The position numbers were made by a program, and so were the translations under genes. This document shows, piece by piece, positions 38,667 to 48,238 of a DNA stretch of 64,000 bases; within the stretch, counting starts at the first letter, position 1, and every line of letters begins with the position of its first letter. The stretch covers positions 9,335-73,334 of the forward strand of contig CAZKAF010000002.1 in assembly GCA_964550955.1 (NCBI GenBank). Reading direction: 5' to 3'. This DNA is from an uncultured Candidatus Saccharibacteria bacterium (GTDB taxonomy: Bacteria > Patescibacteriota > Minisyncoccia > Phycocordibacterales > CAIZLB01). The notes below the pieces were generated by a model. That model searched no databases. It worked only from the letters and a program-made list of their open reading frames with translations, and was not told the DNA's origin.

Positions 38667-39704
38667 TTATGCGGGATATTCTTCAAGCCCCGCGCACGTA
38701 TTGAAAGCCCTGACGCTGGCGTTGTATTCGGCGATGCTGTCCTTCAGGGAGTTCAGCTTGAGGTTGTATTCCGTGACGAGCACGTTGTATTCCGTCGCGA
38801 CTTTGGTGTATTCATCGCCCGTCGCCTTTTCCGTTTCGATTCTTTTGGCATTGATTGAGGATTCCATGACCACGATGTCCGACTTGATATTTTCTATGTG
38901 ATTCTTGGCCGTCGCGTTAGGCGAAGAGCAGGCGGAAAGGGGCTTGCCGAACTGCTGCACGATGAGCCACTGCCTCCTTCCCTGATATGTCCCCTGCCCG
39001 ACCGCCACTCCGATATCCTGATACCTGACGTCGAGAATGTTTTTCCTATGTCCGGGCGAGGCCATCCATGCGGCCACGACCTGATCGTCTCCGGCAAAAA
39101 CCCCGAGCGCCAAGTTCTCGCCGACGACGATGAATTCATATCCGGCCCTCTTGGCGACGTCCGAGACGCTCTCGCCTTTCGGCGACACGTGCTGAAAATA
39201 CTGATTCTGAAACATGTCCTGAAGCTTCATCTCGGCCGCCCTCGTAAGCTCGGAATCGCTCGCGAGAAATCCGAGCTTGGCTTTCGCGCGCTCCTGATTC
39301 GTGTATGAAATGATGTTCTTGACCGAAAGCCTCTCTTCGGCCTGATTCGAAGTGACCGGAAGCATCGAGGCGCCGTCATCATAAGCCGAGGCACCGGGTT
39401 TCGGCACGCTGCCGACCGTGGACACCGTTGACCCGTTGGTCTGCGTTACGGGAGTGATGGCAGGAACAGTGGTCGATCCGGTCACTGTCGAGCTGCCGAG
39501 AACCGAAGGAAAATAGTCAACCAGGCCGCCGAGCACCGACGTCGAAGAGGCATTTATGATTCCCTTGAACGTTTCCTTGAACGAGTCCGAATAATCCGAA
39601 TGCAGGGCGCCGAACTTCGCCGGAAGGGCCTGCAAGGGCTCCCTGAAATAATAAAGTCCGCCGAAAAACACCAGAAGAATGATAAGCGGGCGGATTAAAA
39701 ACAT
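38667..39704 (-). CDS. Membrane-anchored CAP-domain protein (SCP/PR-1-like)
   Basis: N-terminal TM anchor and Thr/Ser-rich linker. CAP motifs SPGHRKNIL and GYEFIVVGENLA, plus HV..Q.F.. motifs. Confidence 0.7.
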   Translation of the reverse strand: MFLIRPLIILLVFFGGLYYFREPLQALPAKFGALHSDYSDSFKETFKGIINASSTSVLGGLVDYFPSVLGSSTVTGSTTVPAITPVTQTNGSTVSTVGSVPKPGASAYDDGASMLPVTSNQAEERLSVKNIISYTNQERAKAKLGFLASDSELTRAAEMKLQDMFQNQYFQHVSPKGESVSDVAKRAGYEFIVVGENLALGVFAGDDQVVAAWMASPGHRKNILDVRYQDIGVAVGQGTYQGRRQWLIVQQFGKPLSACSSPNATAKNHIENIKSDIVVMESSINAKRIETEKATGDEYTKVATEYNVLVTEYNLKLNSLKDSIAEYNASVRAFNTCAGLEEYPA

Positions 39705-39776
39705 ATGTACACTATTCTAGGCTATCCAGGGGCGAAATGCCAGCTTTTGCCTATTTTGACCTACACGGAAGTTTGC

Positions 39777-40847
39777 TTAAGCCTCTTCTTCGTCATACAG
39801 CCGCATCAGCGCGAACAAGACGCTGATGATGAGCGGGCCGAGAATGAATCCTTCCGGACCGAAGAACTGAAGGCCGCCGAGAATCGAGAACAGGATGAGA
39901 AGCGGGTGTATGTTTATTCCCTTGTTTATGACGTACGGGGCAAGGACATTGTCGACCATTCCGACGAACACCGCCGACCAGATGAGCTGGCCGAGCCATG
40001 CGAATCCTCCGAATGCAGTGCTGTAAAATGCAAGATAAATGATTATCGGAGCGGAGACGATGCCGGTGCCAAGACCGGGAATGAGCGCCGCGAGTCCCGC
40101 TACCGTTCCCCAAAGCACCGGATTCGGAACGCCGAAGATCATGAAGCCGATGGTGCTCAGGATGCCCTGAACGACGGCGACGACGAGCGACCCGAGAACG
40201 ACCGACTTCACGGAGTTCTTGATGGCCGATTCGATTTTCTTGTCCTTGTCATCCGTAAAAGGGCTGATGACCTTGAGGCTCTTCTTGAACGCCTCGCCGT
40301 CCCGCAGGAAGTAGAAGAGCGCTATGAGAAACAGGAACGTCTTGAGGCCGAAATCCAGCGTTCCGGTGAATATCCCTCCGAGCCTGTCCACTACCCATGA
40401 AGAGAAAGTCGTCAGATACTGCCTCGTATCAAGCTTGAATTCCGGAATGAATTGCTGGACCAGCTCCTCGACTTTCAGGGTCGCGGCATCGGCGTTATAT
40501 GAAAATCTGCCGGGATTCGACTGGACGACGCCGTCAACCGTCACTGTCTGGGAAGGCGTGGAGAGCCTTGCATACAGGCCCTGCGCCTCGCTGACAATCT
40601 GATTTCCTAAAAACCAAAGCGGCGATCCGACGAGCACGAAAAGGAGGAGGATGGTTATGACGGCCGAAATCCCCTTGAGCTTGACATAAGAAAGAATCTT
40701 CCTGTCTACCGGCGCGAGCATGATTGCCAAAACCGCGGCCAAGGACAAGATGACGAGAAACGGCCAGAATATAAGAGTGGAGGCGACAAGCGCAATTAAT
40801 AAGAGGCTTACGTAAAAGACTGTCTGATACTTGGAAGTATTGCTCAT
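39777..40847 (-). CDS. AI-2E family transporter (UPF0118 / PerM-like permease)
   Basis: Eight predicted TM helices, with the conserved pattern FLRDGEAFKKSL ... GLGTGIVSAPI. Confidence 0.75.
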   Translation of the reverse strand: MSNTSKYQTVFYVSLLLIALVASTLIFWPFLVILSLAAVLAIMLAPVDRKILSYVKLKGISAVITILLLFVLVGSPLWFLGNQIVSEAQGLYARLSTPSQTVTVDGVVQSNPGRFSYNADAATLKVEELVQQFIPEFKLDTRQYLTTFSSWVVDRLGGIFTGTLDFGLKTFLFLIALFYFLRDGEAFKKSLKVISPFTDDKDKKIESAIKNSVKSVVLGSLVVAVVQGILSTIGFMIFGVPNPVLWGTVAGLAALIPGLGTGIVSAPIIIYLAFYSTAFGGFAWLGQLIWSAVFVGMVDNVLAPYVINKGINIHPLLILFSILGGLQFFGPEGFILGPLIISVLFALMRLYDEEEA

Positions 40848-40967
40848 GATGCCTATAGTATACGCTGTTCAATCGGTATTTCAAATTTCAGGCGCGAGCG
40901 CCTGCTTGCCACCGTCGAGGAAGCAGGCAGAAATCGGCACTGGCAGCAGAAAAGGCGCCGGGCAAAT

Positions 40968-43634
40968 CTAAGCCCCGTGGCACTTCTTGAACTTCTTTCC
41001 GCTTCCGCAAGGGCACGGATCGTTCCTGCCGATATTCGCGTATGCGCCCTGGACGGAAGCTCCGGGACCGGATACGATTCTCGCATCTCTGACGGACGTG
41101 CCTGAGCCGGAACCGTTTTGAGCGTCAATATCCGGAATGCCCGTTATGTATTCGTCCGCGTCAGGCCGAAGCTCTATCACGGGCGTGTTCTGGCCCGCAG
41201 TGACCTCGCCCTGGACCTGCGCGAGAATCCGAATGATTTCCTGATCGACTGACTGTTCCATATCCTTGAACATCCGAAGGCCCTCCTTCTTGTATTCGAC
41301 GAGCGGATCCCGCTGGCCGTACGCGCGCAAGTTAACGCTTGACCGAAGATGATCCATCATCTCAAGATGGTCAATCCAGAACAAGTCGATGGACTGAAGC
41401 ATCACGCCCTTCGCGGTTCTTGAGAACGCCATGATTTCCCCCGTCTTGGCATCAGGCTGCTCGCCCATGCTTCTTGCCAGGTCATTGAAGCGGACCCTGT
41501 TCTCGGTGATGAGCTTCTTCTCCTCATCGGTCGCCTTCTCAAGGACAGCTTCGAGAACGGCATTCAGCTCGGCAGGCTCGCCGGTCAGAATTCGCATTCT
41601 TCGCCTGTACACTTTCATTCGCTGCTGGTTCAGGACATCGTCGTATTCGAGAACATGCTTTCGCGAATCGAAATGCATGCCTTCTATCTTCGTCTGGGCC
41701 GTTTCGAGAGACCGGCTGATGATTCCGTGCATGATGGGCTCGTCTTCCGGAATGTTCAGCCGGGCCATCATCTTCTTGACCGTGTCGCTGGCGAAGATTC
41801 GCATCAGGTCGTCTTCGAGCGAGACGTAAAACTGAGTTTCTCCGGGATCGCCCTGTCGTCCGGACCGGCCTCGAAGCTGGTTGTCGATGCGGCGCGCTTC
41901 ATGCCGCTCGGTACCGATGACATAGAGGCCTCCCAGCGCCTTGATAGCCTCCGTTCTCTTCTTCGCGTCTTCAGCGGAAATATCGACGCTCGGAGCGCCG
42001 CCGAGCTTGATGTCCACGCCTCGCCCCGCCATGTTGGTGGCGATGGTAACCGCGCCTTTCTTGCCGGCTTCGGCAACGGTTTCTCCTTCGCGTTCCGCGA
42101 ACTCCGGCTTCGCGTTCAGGAGCGCATGAGGCACGCCCGCTTTCTTGAGATGATCCGAGAGCATCTGGTTCTTCTCGATGGAGACGGTACCGACGAGAAC
42201 CGGCTGGCCCTTTTCATGAAGCTCCTTGATTTTCTTCGTGATGGCCGCGAACTTGCCTTTCTCCGTCTGGAAAATGAAGTCGTTCTTGTCGATTCGGGCA
42301 ATGGGCCGATGCGTCGGAACTTCTATGACATCCAGCCCGTATACCTTGAGGAATTCTTCGGCGCTCGTCATGCCCGTTCCGGTCATGCCTGCGAGCTTCG
42401 GATACATCCTGAAATAGTTTTGGAACGTGATGGACGCATATGTCCGAGATTCTTTCTGGATGGCAACCCGTTCCTTGGCTTCGATTGCCTGGTGAAGGCC
42501 TTCCGACCACCTTCTGCCGGGCTGAAGTCGTCCCGTAGAAGGGTCGACGATGATGACCTCGTTGTCCTTCACGATGTATTCGACGTCGTTCGTGTACAGC
42601 GCCTTGGCCCGCACGGCAGTCTCGAGATGATGCACGTACTTGATGCCGCCTTCCGTATAGATATTTGACACGCCGAGAAGCTTTTCCGCCAAGTCGATGC
42701 CCGCGTCAGTCATGGCGATGCTCTTGAATTTTTCATCGACAGTATAATGAGTGTCCTTTTCCAGCTGCTTGGCGATGTCAGCAAAAGTCTCATACAGCTT
42801 TTCGGAGTCCACGGTCGGCGCGGAAATGATGAGGGGCGTTCGGGCCTCGTCGATGAGGATGGAGTCGACCTCGTCGACGATGGCGAAGCTGAATTCCCTC
42901 TGCCTCAGGCTCTCCGCCGAATGCTCGATGTTGTCCCGGAGGTAGTCGAAGCCGAACTGGTTGTTCGTGCCGTACGTGATGTCCGCGTGATACGCGTCGC
43001 GCTTTTCGCACGGCCTCAGGAACTCGTACCCTACCTTATATGAGCCCATGACGTCTTCGGCCTCGTCGGCCTTCTTGATGTCCGCGTCATCGGCTGCGGA
43101 AGCGTCGGTTCCGTCAGAATCTTTCTTGCCCGCATGCTGGATATCGAATACGTATGAGGCGTTGTCATTGACGACGCCGACGGAAAGTCCGAGCGCGTCG
43201 TAAATCTGTCCCATCCAAGTCGCGTCTCGCCGCGCGAGATAGTCGTTGACCGTTACGAGATGAACGCCCTTTCCGCCGAGCGCATTCAGATACACGGCAA
43301 GAGTCGCCATGAGCGTCTTTCCTTCGCCCGTCTTCATCTCAGCAATGCGCCCATCATGAAGGATCATGCCTCCGATAAGCTGAACGTCGTAATGCCGCTG
43401 GCCCAGAGTCCTATGCGAAGCTTCCCTGACTACCGCAAAAGCTTCCGGCAAGAGAGCGTCAAGGGACTCTCCTTCGGAATGCCGCTTTTTAAATTCTTCG
43501 GTTTTAGCCCTGAGCTCGACATTCGAAAGGGCCTTGATCGATTCTTCAAGAGCATTGACCTTGGCAACGACCGTCCTGTAACGGTTTACCTGCCTTACGG
43601 AATTGGACGGAAAAAGTGTTTTAAAAATATTCAT
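40968..43634 (-). CDS. secA: Preprotein translocase ATPase SecA
   Basis: Walker A MKTGEGKTL, DEVDSILIDEARTPLIIS, IATNMAGRGVDIKLGG, and a C-terminal Zn finger CPCGSGKKFKKCHG. Confidence 0.95.
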   Translation of the reverse strand: MNIFKTLFPSNSVRQVNRYRTVVAKVNALEESIKALSNVELRAKTEEFKKRHSEGESLDALLPEAFAVVREASHRTLGQRHYDVQLIGGMILHDGRIAEMKTGEGKTLMATLAVYLNALGGKGVHLVTVNDYLARRDATWMGQIYDALGLSVGVVNDNASYVFDIQHAGKKDSDGTDASAADDADIKKADEAEDVMGSYKVGYEFLRPCEKRDAYHADITYGTNNQFGFDYLRDNIEHSAESLRQREFSFAIVDEVDSILIDEARTPLIISAPTVDSEKLYETFADIAKQLEKDTHYTVDEKFKSIAMTDAGIDLAEKLLGVSNIYTEGGIKYVHHLETAVRAKALYTNDVEYIVKDNEVIIVDPSTGRLQPGRRWSEGLHQAIEAKERVAIQKESRTYASITFQNYFRMYPKLAGMTGTGMTSAEEFLKVYGLDVIEVPTHRPIARIDKNDFIFQTEKGKFAAITKKIKELHEKGQPVLVGTVSIEKNQMLSDHLKKAGVPHALLNAKPEFAEREGETVAEAGKKGAVTIATNMAGRGVDIKLGGAPSVDISAEDAKKRTEAIKALGGLYVIGTERHEARRIDNQLRGRSGRQGDPGETQFYVSLEDDLMRIFASDTVKKMMARLNIPEDEPIMHGIISRSLETAQTKIEGMHFDSRKHVLEYDDVLNQQRMKVYRRRMRILTGEPAELNAVLEAVLEKATDEEKKLITENRVRFNDLARSMGEQPDAKTGEIMAFSRTAKGVMLQSIDLFWIDHLEMMDHLRSSVNLRAYGQRDPLVEYKKEGLRMFKDMEQSVDQEIIRILAQVQGEVTAGQNTPVIELRPDADEYITGIPDIDAQNGSGSGTSVRDARIVSGPGASVQGAYANIGRNDPCPCGSGKKFKKCHGA

Positions 43635-43773
43635 ATATGACTGGATTTTAGCATATTTTTACCCCTGTTGCCCATGCAGAATATGTTGCATAATTTATCA
43701 AGGGCTGGCCGTGCCAGAGAATAAAAAAATCCCGCTCTTTCGAATGGGATTTTTTTAAAGATTTTGCTTGAGA

Positions 43774-43875
43774 TTATTTTCTCTTAGCTGTTTTCTTCTT
43801 CGCTGCTTTCTTTGCAACTTTCTTGACTGCTTTCTTTACAGTCTTCTTAGCTGCTTTCTTCTTTTTTGCTGCCAT
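43774..43875 (-). CDS. Possible small Lys/Ala-rich basic protein (33 aa: MAAKKKKAAKKTVKKAVKKVAKKAAKKKTAKRK)
   Basis: Hand translation of the minus strand. It is shorter than the ORF-track cutoff. Composition resembles small histone-H1-like or ribosome-associated basic proteins. No SD sequence was checked. Confidence 0.3.
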   Translation of the reverse strand: MAAKKKKAAKKTVKKAVKKVAKKAAKKKTAKRK

Positions 43876-44151
43876 GTTAGTGGTTGAAAGGAACAATTAT
43901 TTGTAAGTGTTCAACATGCCGACTCGCATATGAACCATGTAGTAATTATCTTTCACATTTCACTTACTCGCAATATTTTTTTGAGAAAAAGTGTGGATAA
44001 CTTTTTTTATTTAAAAAAGTTTTTTTGTTTCATTTATTTTATTTTTATTTTTTAGAAAGGATCTTTTTGTTTTTTAAAGTTTAATTTACTTTAATTTATC
44101 CTTGATGCGCGCACAGACGACCGCCAGCTTCCATCCGCGCAACTCTTGCAC

Positions 44152-44185
44152 AAAAGCCATATAGCAAATTTGCTATATGGCTTTT
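44152..44185. terminator. 34-bp perfect palindrome AAAAGCCATATAGCAAA|TTTGCTATATGGCTTTT. Candidate bidirectional terminator or dimeric-regulator operator.
   Basis: Read directly: the sequence equals its own reverse complement. It lies about 110 bp downstream of the fcl stop, next to a strongly AT-rich stretch at 43980..44100. Confidence 0.35.
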
Positions 44186-44297
44186 GACTTAACTTAACTG
44201 CGGACATCCGGATGAGAATGCCGGGCTGTCGAAGAGAGACGGGCTGATGACATGGATGACGAAACCGGCAAATCAACGAATCGATAAGCCGGCGGCG

Positions 44298-45251
44298 CTA
44301 ATCCAGCGATCCGTTTTCAGCCGCTTCCTTATATACGGATTCGATTCCCTGCCGAAGCCCTATGGAATGCTTCCAGCCGAGAGCGTGCAGCCTGCTTACG
44401 TCCATGAGCTTCCTCGGCGTGCCGTCAGGCTTCGTGGCATCAAACGCCAATGAGCCTTCATACCCGACGATGTTCGCCACCAATTCGGCCAAATCCCTGA
44501 TAGTAATGTCTTCGCCTACGCCGATATTTATGAAATCCATGCCATCATACGCATTCATCAGAAACACGCAGGCGGAAGCCAAATCGTCCACATGCATGAA
44601 TTCCCTGTACGGCGCGCCGGTCCCCCAAAGCTCCACCGTCGGCGCGCCTGACTTCTTTGCGGCATGGAACTTTCGCATGAGAGCAGGGAGGACGTGCGAA
44701 GTTTGCAGATCGTAATTATCATTCGGACCGTACAGGTTCGTCGGCATTACGGAAATGAAATTGTCGCCGTATTGATTCCTGTACGATTCGCACATCTTGA
44801 TGCCGGCAATCTTTGCGACCGCGTACGGCTCGTTCGTGTATTCAAGCGGGCCGGTCAGCAGGCTCTCTTCCTTGAGCGGCTGCGGAGCAAGCTTGGGGTA
44901 AATGCACGATGACCCGAGAAACAGCAGCTTCTTTCCTTTCGAAGAATCCTCCTTGTGAATCAGATGAGTCGCATGAATGACGTTGGACTGGATCATCAGG
45001 TTCTCATAAATGAAATCCGCGCGATACGCATCGTTCGCGACAATTCCTCCCACCTTGGCCGCGGCAAGAAAGACATATTCGGGCTTCTCTGATTTGAAGA
45101 ACTCAAGCACGGCAGCCTGATTCTTCAGGTCCAGTTCTTTCGAAGTTCGGCAGACGATGTTCGCGTATCCTTCGCGCTCCAAATGCCGCTTGATGGCAGA
45201 GCCGACCATGCCCTTGTGACCGGCTATATATATTTTTGATTCCTTATTCAT
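44298..45251 (-). CDS. fcl: GDP-L-fucose synthase (GDP-4-keto-6-deoxy-D-mannose 3,5-epimerase/4-reductase)
   Basis: [15 protein letters not shown] Rossmann motif, YAVAKIAG catalytic YxxxK, extended-SDR architecture. Lies directly downstream of gmd. Confidence 0.85.
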   Translation of the reverse strand: MNKESKIYIAGHKGMVGSAIKRHLEREGYANIVCRTSKELDLKNQAAVLEFFKSEKPEYVFLAAAKVGGIVANDAYRADFIYENLMIQSNVIHATHLIHKEDSSKGKKLLFLGSSCIYPKLAPQPLKEESLLTGPLEYTNEPYAVAKIAGIKMCESYRNQYGDNFISVMPTNLYGPNDNYDLQTSHVLPALMRKFHAAKKSGAPTVELWGTGAPYREFMHVDDLASACVFLMNAYDGMDFINIGVGEDITIRDLAELVANIVGYEGSLAFDATKPDGTPRKLMDVSRLHALGWKHSIGLRQGIESVYKEAAENGSLD

Positions 45252-46362
45252 GCTGAAGCGGAACGTCAAATCCCCCGTTTTTCATATGCAGCTCTTTTTC
45301 AACTTCAGCCATGTCGGAAAGGACCATTTCTTTTACTAATTCATCAAGGCTGTATGTCGGAACCCAGCCGAGCTTTTCCCGCGCCTTCGTCGCGTCGCCG
45401 ACAAGCAAATCCACTTCAGCCGGCCTGAAGTACTCCGGGCTTACTTTTACGAGGACTTTCCCCGTCGCCTTGTCCGTACCGACCTCTTCAATGTCCGCGC
45501 CGCTCCATTCGATCTGAATGCCGGCATGCGCGAACGCCTTTGCCACGAATTCCCTTACGGATATCTTCTGGCCCGTCGCGAGCACGTAATCTTCAGGCGT
45601 TTCCTGCTGCAGAATCCTCCACATTCCTTCAACATAATCCTTGGCATGTCCCCAGTCCCGGAGCGAATTCAAATTTCCAAGATACAGGACTTCCTGCAAG
45701 CCGTGCTTGATTCGCGCGGCCGCTCTCGTAATCTTCCGAGTCACGAACGTCTCGCCACGAATGGGGCTTTCATGGTTAAACAATATGCCGTTTGTCGCAT
45801 ACATTCCATACGCCTCCCTGTAATTCTTCGTAATCCAATACCCGTACAGTTTTGCAACGCCGTACGGAGAACGCGGATAGAAAGGAGTCGTCTCTTTTTG
45901 AGGAACTTCCTGAACGAGGCCGTACAGTTCGGAAGTCGAAGCCTGATAGAAGCGGGTCTTCTTTTCAAGACCGAGAATCCTGATCGCCTCGAGAATGCGA
46001 AGCACGCCGATGCCGTCCGCATTGGCCGTATACTCGGGCGTTTCGAAAGACACCTGCACGTGCGACTGCGCGGCAAGATTGTATATTTCATCCGGCTGAA
46101 CCTGCTGAACGAGCCGGATCAGGTTAGTGGAATCGGTCATGTCGCCGTAATGCAGGAAAAACCGCACGCCCGCTTCATGCCGATCCTTGTACAGATGATC
46201 GATGCGGTCAGTGTTAAGAAGCGACGAGCGGCGCTTCATGCCGTGCACGACGTATCCTTTTTCCAAAAGGAGCTCTGCCAGATATGCGCCGTCCTGTCCC
46301 GTAATGCCGGTAATCAGCGCCACCTTGCCAGTGCCGCCGCTTTTTTGTTCGGATGAATTCAT
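45244..46362 (-). CDS. gmd: GDP-mannose 4,6-dehydratase
   Basis: [31 protein letters not shown] (YxxxK) and the NHESPIRG Gmd signature. Confidence 0.9.
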   Translation of the reverse strand: MNSSEQKSGGTGKVALITGITGQDGAYLAELLLEKGYVVHGMKRRSSLLNTDRIDHLYKDRHEAGVRFFLHYGDMTDSTNLIRLVQQVQPDEIYNLAAQSHVQVSFETPEYTANADGIGVLRILEAIRILGLEKKTRFYQASTSELYGLVQEVPQKETTPFYPRSPYGVAKLYGYWITKNYREAYGMYATNGILFNHESPIRGETFVTRKITRAAARIKHGLQEVLYLGNLNSLRDWGHAKDYVEGMWRILQQETPEDYVLATGQKISVREFVAKAFAHAGIQIEWSGADIEEVGTDKATGKVLVKVSPEYFRPAEVDLLVGDATKAREKLGWVPTYSLDELVKEMVLSDMAEVEKELHMKNGGFDVPLQHE

Positions 46363-46393
46363 GAGGACATTATAAAGTACTTGTGAATTAATA

Positions 46394-46421
46394 CAAAAAG
46401 CCCCTCAAAAGGGGCTTTTTG
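46394..46421. terminator. Rho-independent terminator downstream of the 46458..48107 gene
   Basis: aaaaAGCCCCT-caaa-AGGGGCTtttt hairpin. Confidence 0.6.
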
Positions 46422-46457
46422 TATTAGGCAACTTTTAGGCTTAATCGAATCCGACCA

Positions 46458-48107
46458 TTAATCCTGACACTGGGCAGGATTGTATTGAGGGCAGTTGCTG
46501 TCGCAGGCATCAGCGTATCTGCAATCTTCCTCACGATCATCCTGACAATCAGGATCATCCCCGTCTACGTACCCATCGCCGTCGTTATCAATGCCGTCAT
46601 TGCAGATTTCCCCGGTAGGCGTCGGGCAATCGCGCGTGTCGGCCCTGTCTATGAGACCGTCGGCATCATTATCGATGCCGTCAACGCATGCATGCACTTC
46701 CGGATTGTAAGGAACCGCCCGTTCATTTTTTTCAGATATAGGGTACTGCGCCATTGCGCCGTAAGAACAATAAATGACGTATTGCTGAGCGGTTTCACTG
46801 TCCGTTCGATATCGCCACCCCACAGTCTGACCTTGGGCCAAAGGAACCCACCCAGGGGCTTTATTGAAATCATCCACTGTTGTACCAAGAGGCATCCACA
46901 CCAGCCTGTGGTTATTTATCATGGCACTGCAGTCAGGGACAACTAGCGGGTTATACGGAGTAGCGGGTACATTTTTAATATCATCCCATGTACCTGGCGG
47001 CGGCATGGAACCGTTGCCAGAACCGCCAGGACCTGAACCGCCCGCGCTATTTCCAGAACCGGTCGCCCCGGGATCCCTGAGAGAGACCTGTACGCCCGTG
47101 AGCTTCGCATACTGGGCCCGAAGTTGCTGAAGATATGCTTCTTCCGCCGTTCCTGCCAGCTGTATTGTCGCCCCGCCGCAGATGAATCCTCCCGAAGCCG
47201 CAAGCTTGGTTGCGAGCTTTGGCTGCTCCGTCTGCGCTTTCTTCAAATCGCCCTCAAGCTTCTTGAGAGCGGCCTTGTCGGCAGCAAGAGTCTTCTTCAC
47301 CGCGGCAAGCTCGGTCTGCTTCTGCGCGACCTTCGTTTTGGTATCCGAATAATCGGCATAATAGAACTTGAGTTCCTTTATCCTGGCTTCAATTGCAAAA
47401 ATATCAGATTCCGCCTTTGCAATCGCCTGCTTCTTTGCTCCGACCTGTGCCGGAAGGCTTGAGAGCTGTGACTGATACGCCTGAAGCGAATCGTAGTCAG
47501 CCTGCTTGATGCAGACGCACGACTTCTTTTTTGCATTAGCCAACTCAGTAGTGACGCTTGAGATTTGGGTCACAATGCCGTTTACCGCAGCCCTCGATTG
47601 AGCTGACTTGGCACGCAACTCCGCTATCTCCGCCTCTGTCGGCTGAGGAGGGCGCTGCGCCGCAGCCCGACTTGAGAGGTCTTGCATGGTCTTGATTTGC
47701 GCAGCCAGATCTCTTATTTCGCGATCGTCGCGCGCGGTCCTGTTCTTCTTTGCGACCAATTGGTCATGGTTTGCCTGCAGGCGATCCAAATCTCTCTGGA
47801 TCGTGAGGGCTGGAGCGAACGCGGCATTCGAAGCCGATCGCTCAATATCCCTCAGACGAATCGAGTATCTTTCGGACTCCGTGGACAATTCCATGTATCT
47901 CGAAGTAAGCTCCGCTTTTTTGGACTCAAGCGCCGCTATGTCTGCGGGCGTGTAGCATGACTTGGCAACGCCTGCCACCATCGCCTTCAATGCGGTTACC
48001 GGATTGAGGCTTCCGCCTACCTGAGCGGAGACGAACAAGGCTGACGCCGTTATGCCGACTACCGCCCCTGAAAGGGCGAGCGCTTTGGAAATTTTTGATG
48101 TAAACAT
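46458..48107 (-). CDS. Secreted coiled-coil protein with a C-terminal Cys/Asp-rich calcium-binding-like repeat region
   Basis: Signal peptide, then about 300 aa of heptad-like charged/Ala-rich sequence, then a Gly-rich linker, then a C-terminus with CVDGIDNDADGLIDRADTRDC and CNDGIDNDGDGYVDGDDPDC (thrombospondin-type-3 / putative metal-binding-motif-like repeats). Confidence 0.6.
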   Translation of the reverse strand: MFTSKISKALALSGAVVGITASALFVSAQVGGSLNPVTALKAMVAGVAKSCYTPADIAALESKKAELTSRYMELSTESERYSIRLRDIERSASNAAFAPALTIQRDLDRLQANHDQLVAKKNRTARDDREIRDLAAQIKTMQDLSSRAAAQRPPQPTEAEIAELRAKSAQSRAAVNGIVTQISSVTTELANAKKKSCVCIKQADYDSLQAYQSQLSSLPAQVGAKKQAIAKAESDIFAIEARIKELKFYYADYSDTKTKVAQKQTELAAVKKTLAADKAALKKLEGDLKKAQTEQPKLATKLAASGGFICGGATIQLAGTAEEAYLQQLRAQYAKLTGVQVSLRDPGATGSGNSAGGSGPGGSGNGSMPPPGTWDDIKNVPATPYNPLVVPDCSAMINNHRLVWMPLGTTVDDFNKAPGWVPLAQGQTVGWRYRTDSETAQQYVIYCSYGAMAQYPISEKNERAVPYNPEVHACVDGIDNDADGLIDRADTRDCPTPTGEICNDGIDNDGDGYVDGDDPDCQDDREEDCRYADACDSNCPQYNPAQCQD

Positions 48108-48238
48108 GATTATGACTTATTGGTAAATCTTCATATTAAATTCACAAGGAATTCATATGGGAACAACTGTGTCTAATAATAACGCCTATATCTGGCAAGC
48201 AACACCCTCAAGCTGTTGATAACATGCGAACCCCGGGC

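Noticed and set aside
41655-42668. 337-aa plus-strand ORF inside secA
   Set aside because: Antisense to SecA.
43760-43880. Apparent short tandem DNA repeat (gctgctttctt-like units), considered as a possible CRISPR or microsatellite
   Set aside because: The periodicity is explained by a Lys/Ala-repeat coding sequence (AAKK units) on the minus strand. No spacer-repeat architecture is present, and no CRISPR array was seen anywhere in the window.
45526-46356. 276-aa plus-strand ORF inside gmd
   Set aside because: Antisense to GDP-mannose dehydratase, which has clear signature motifs.
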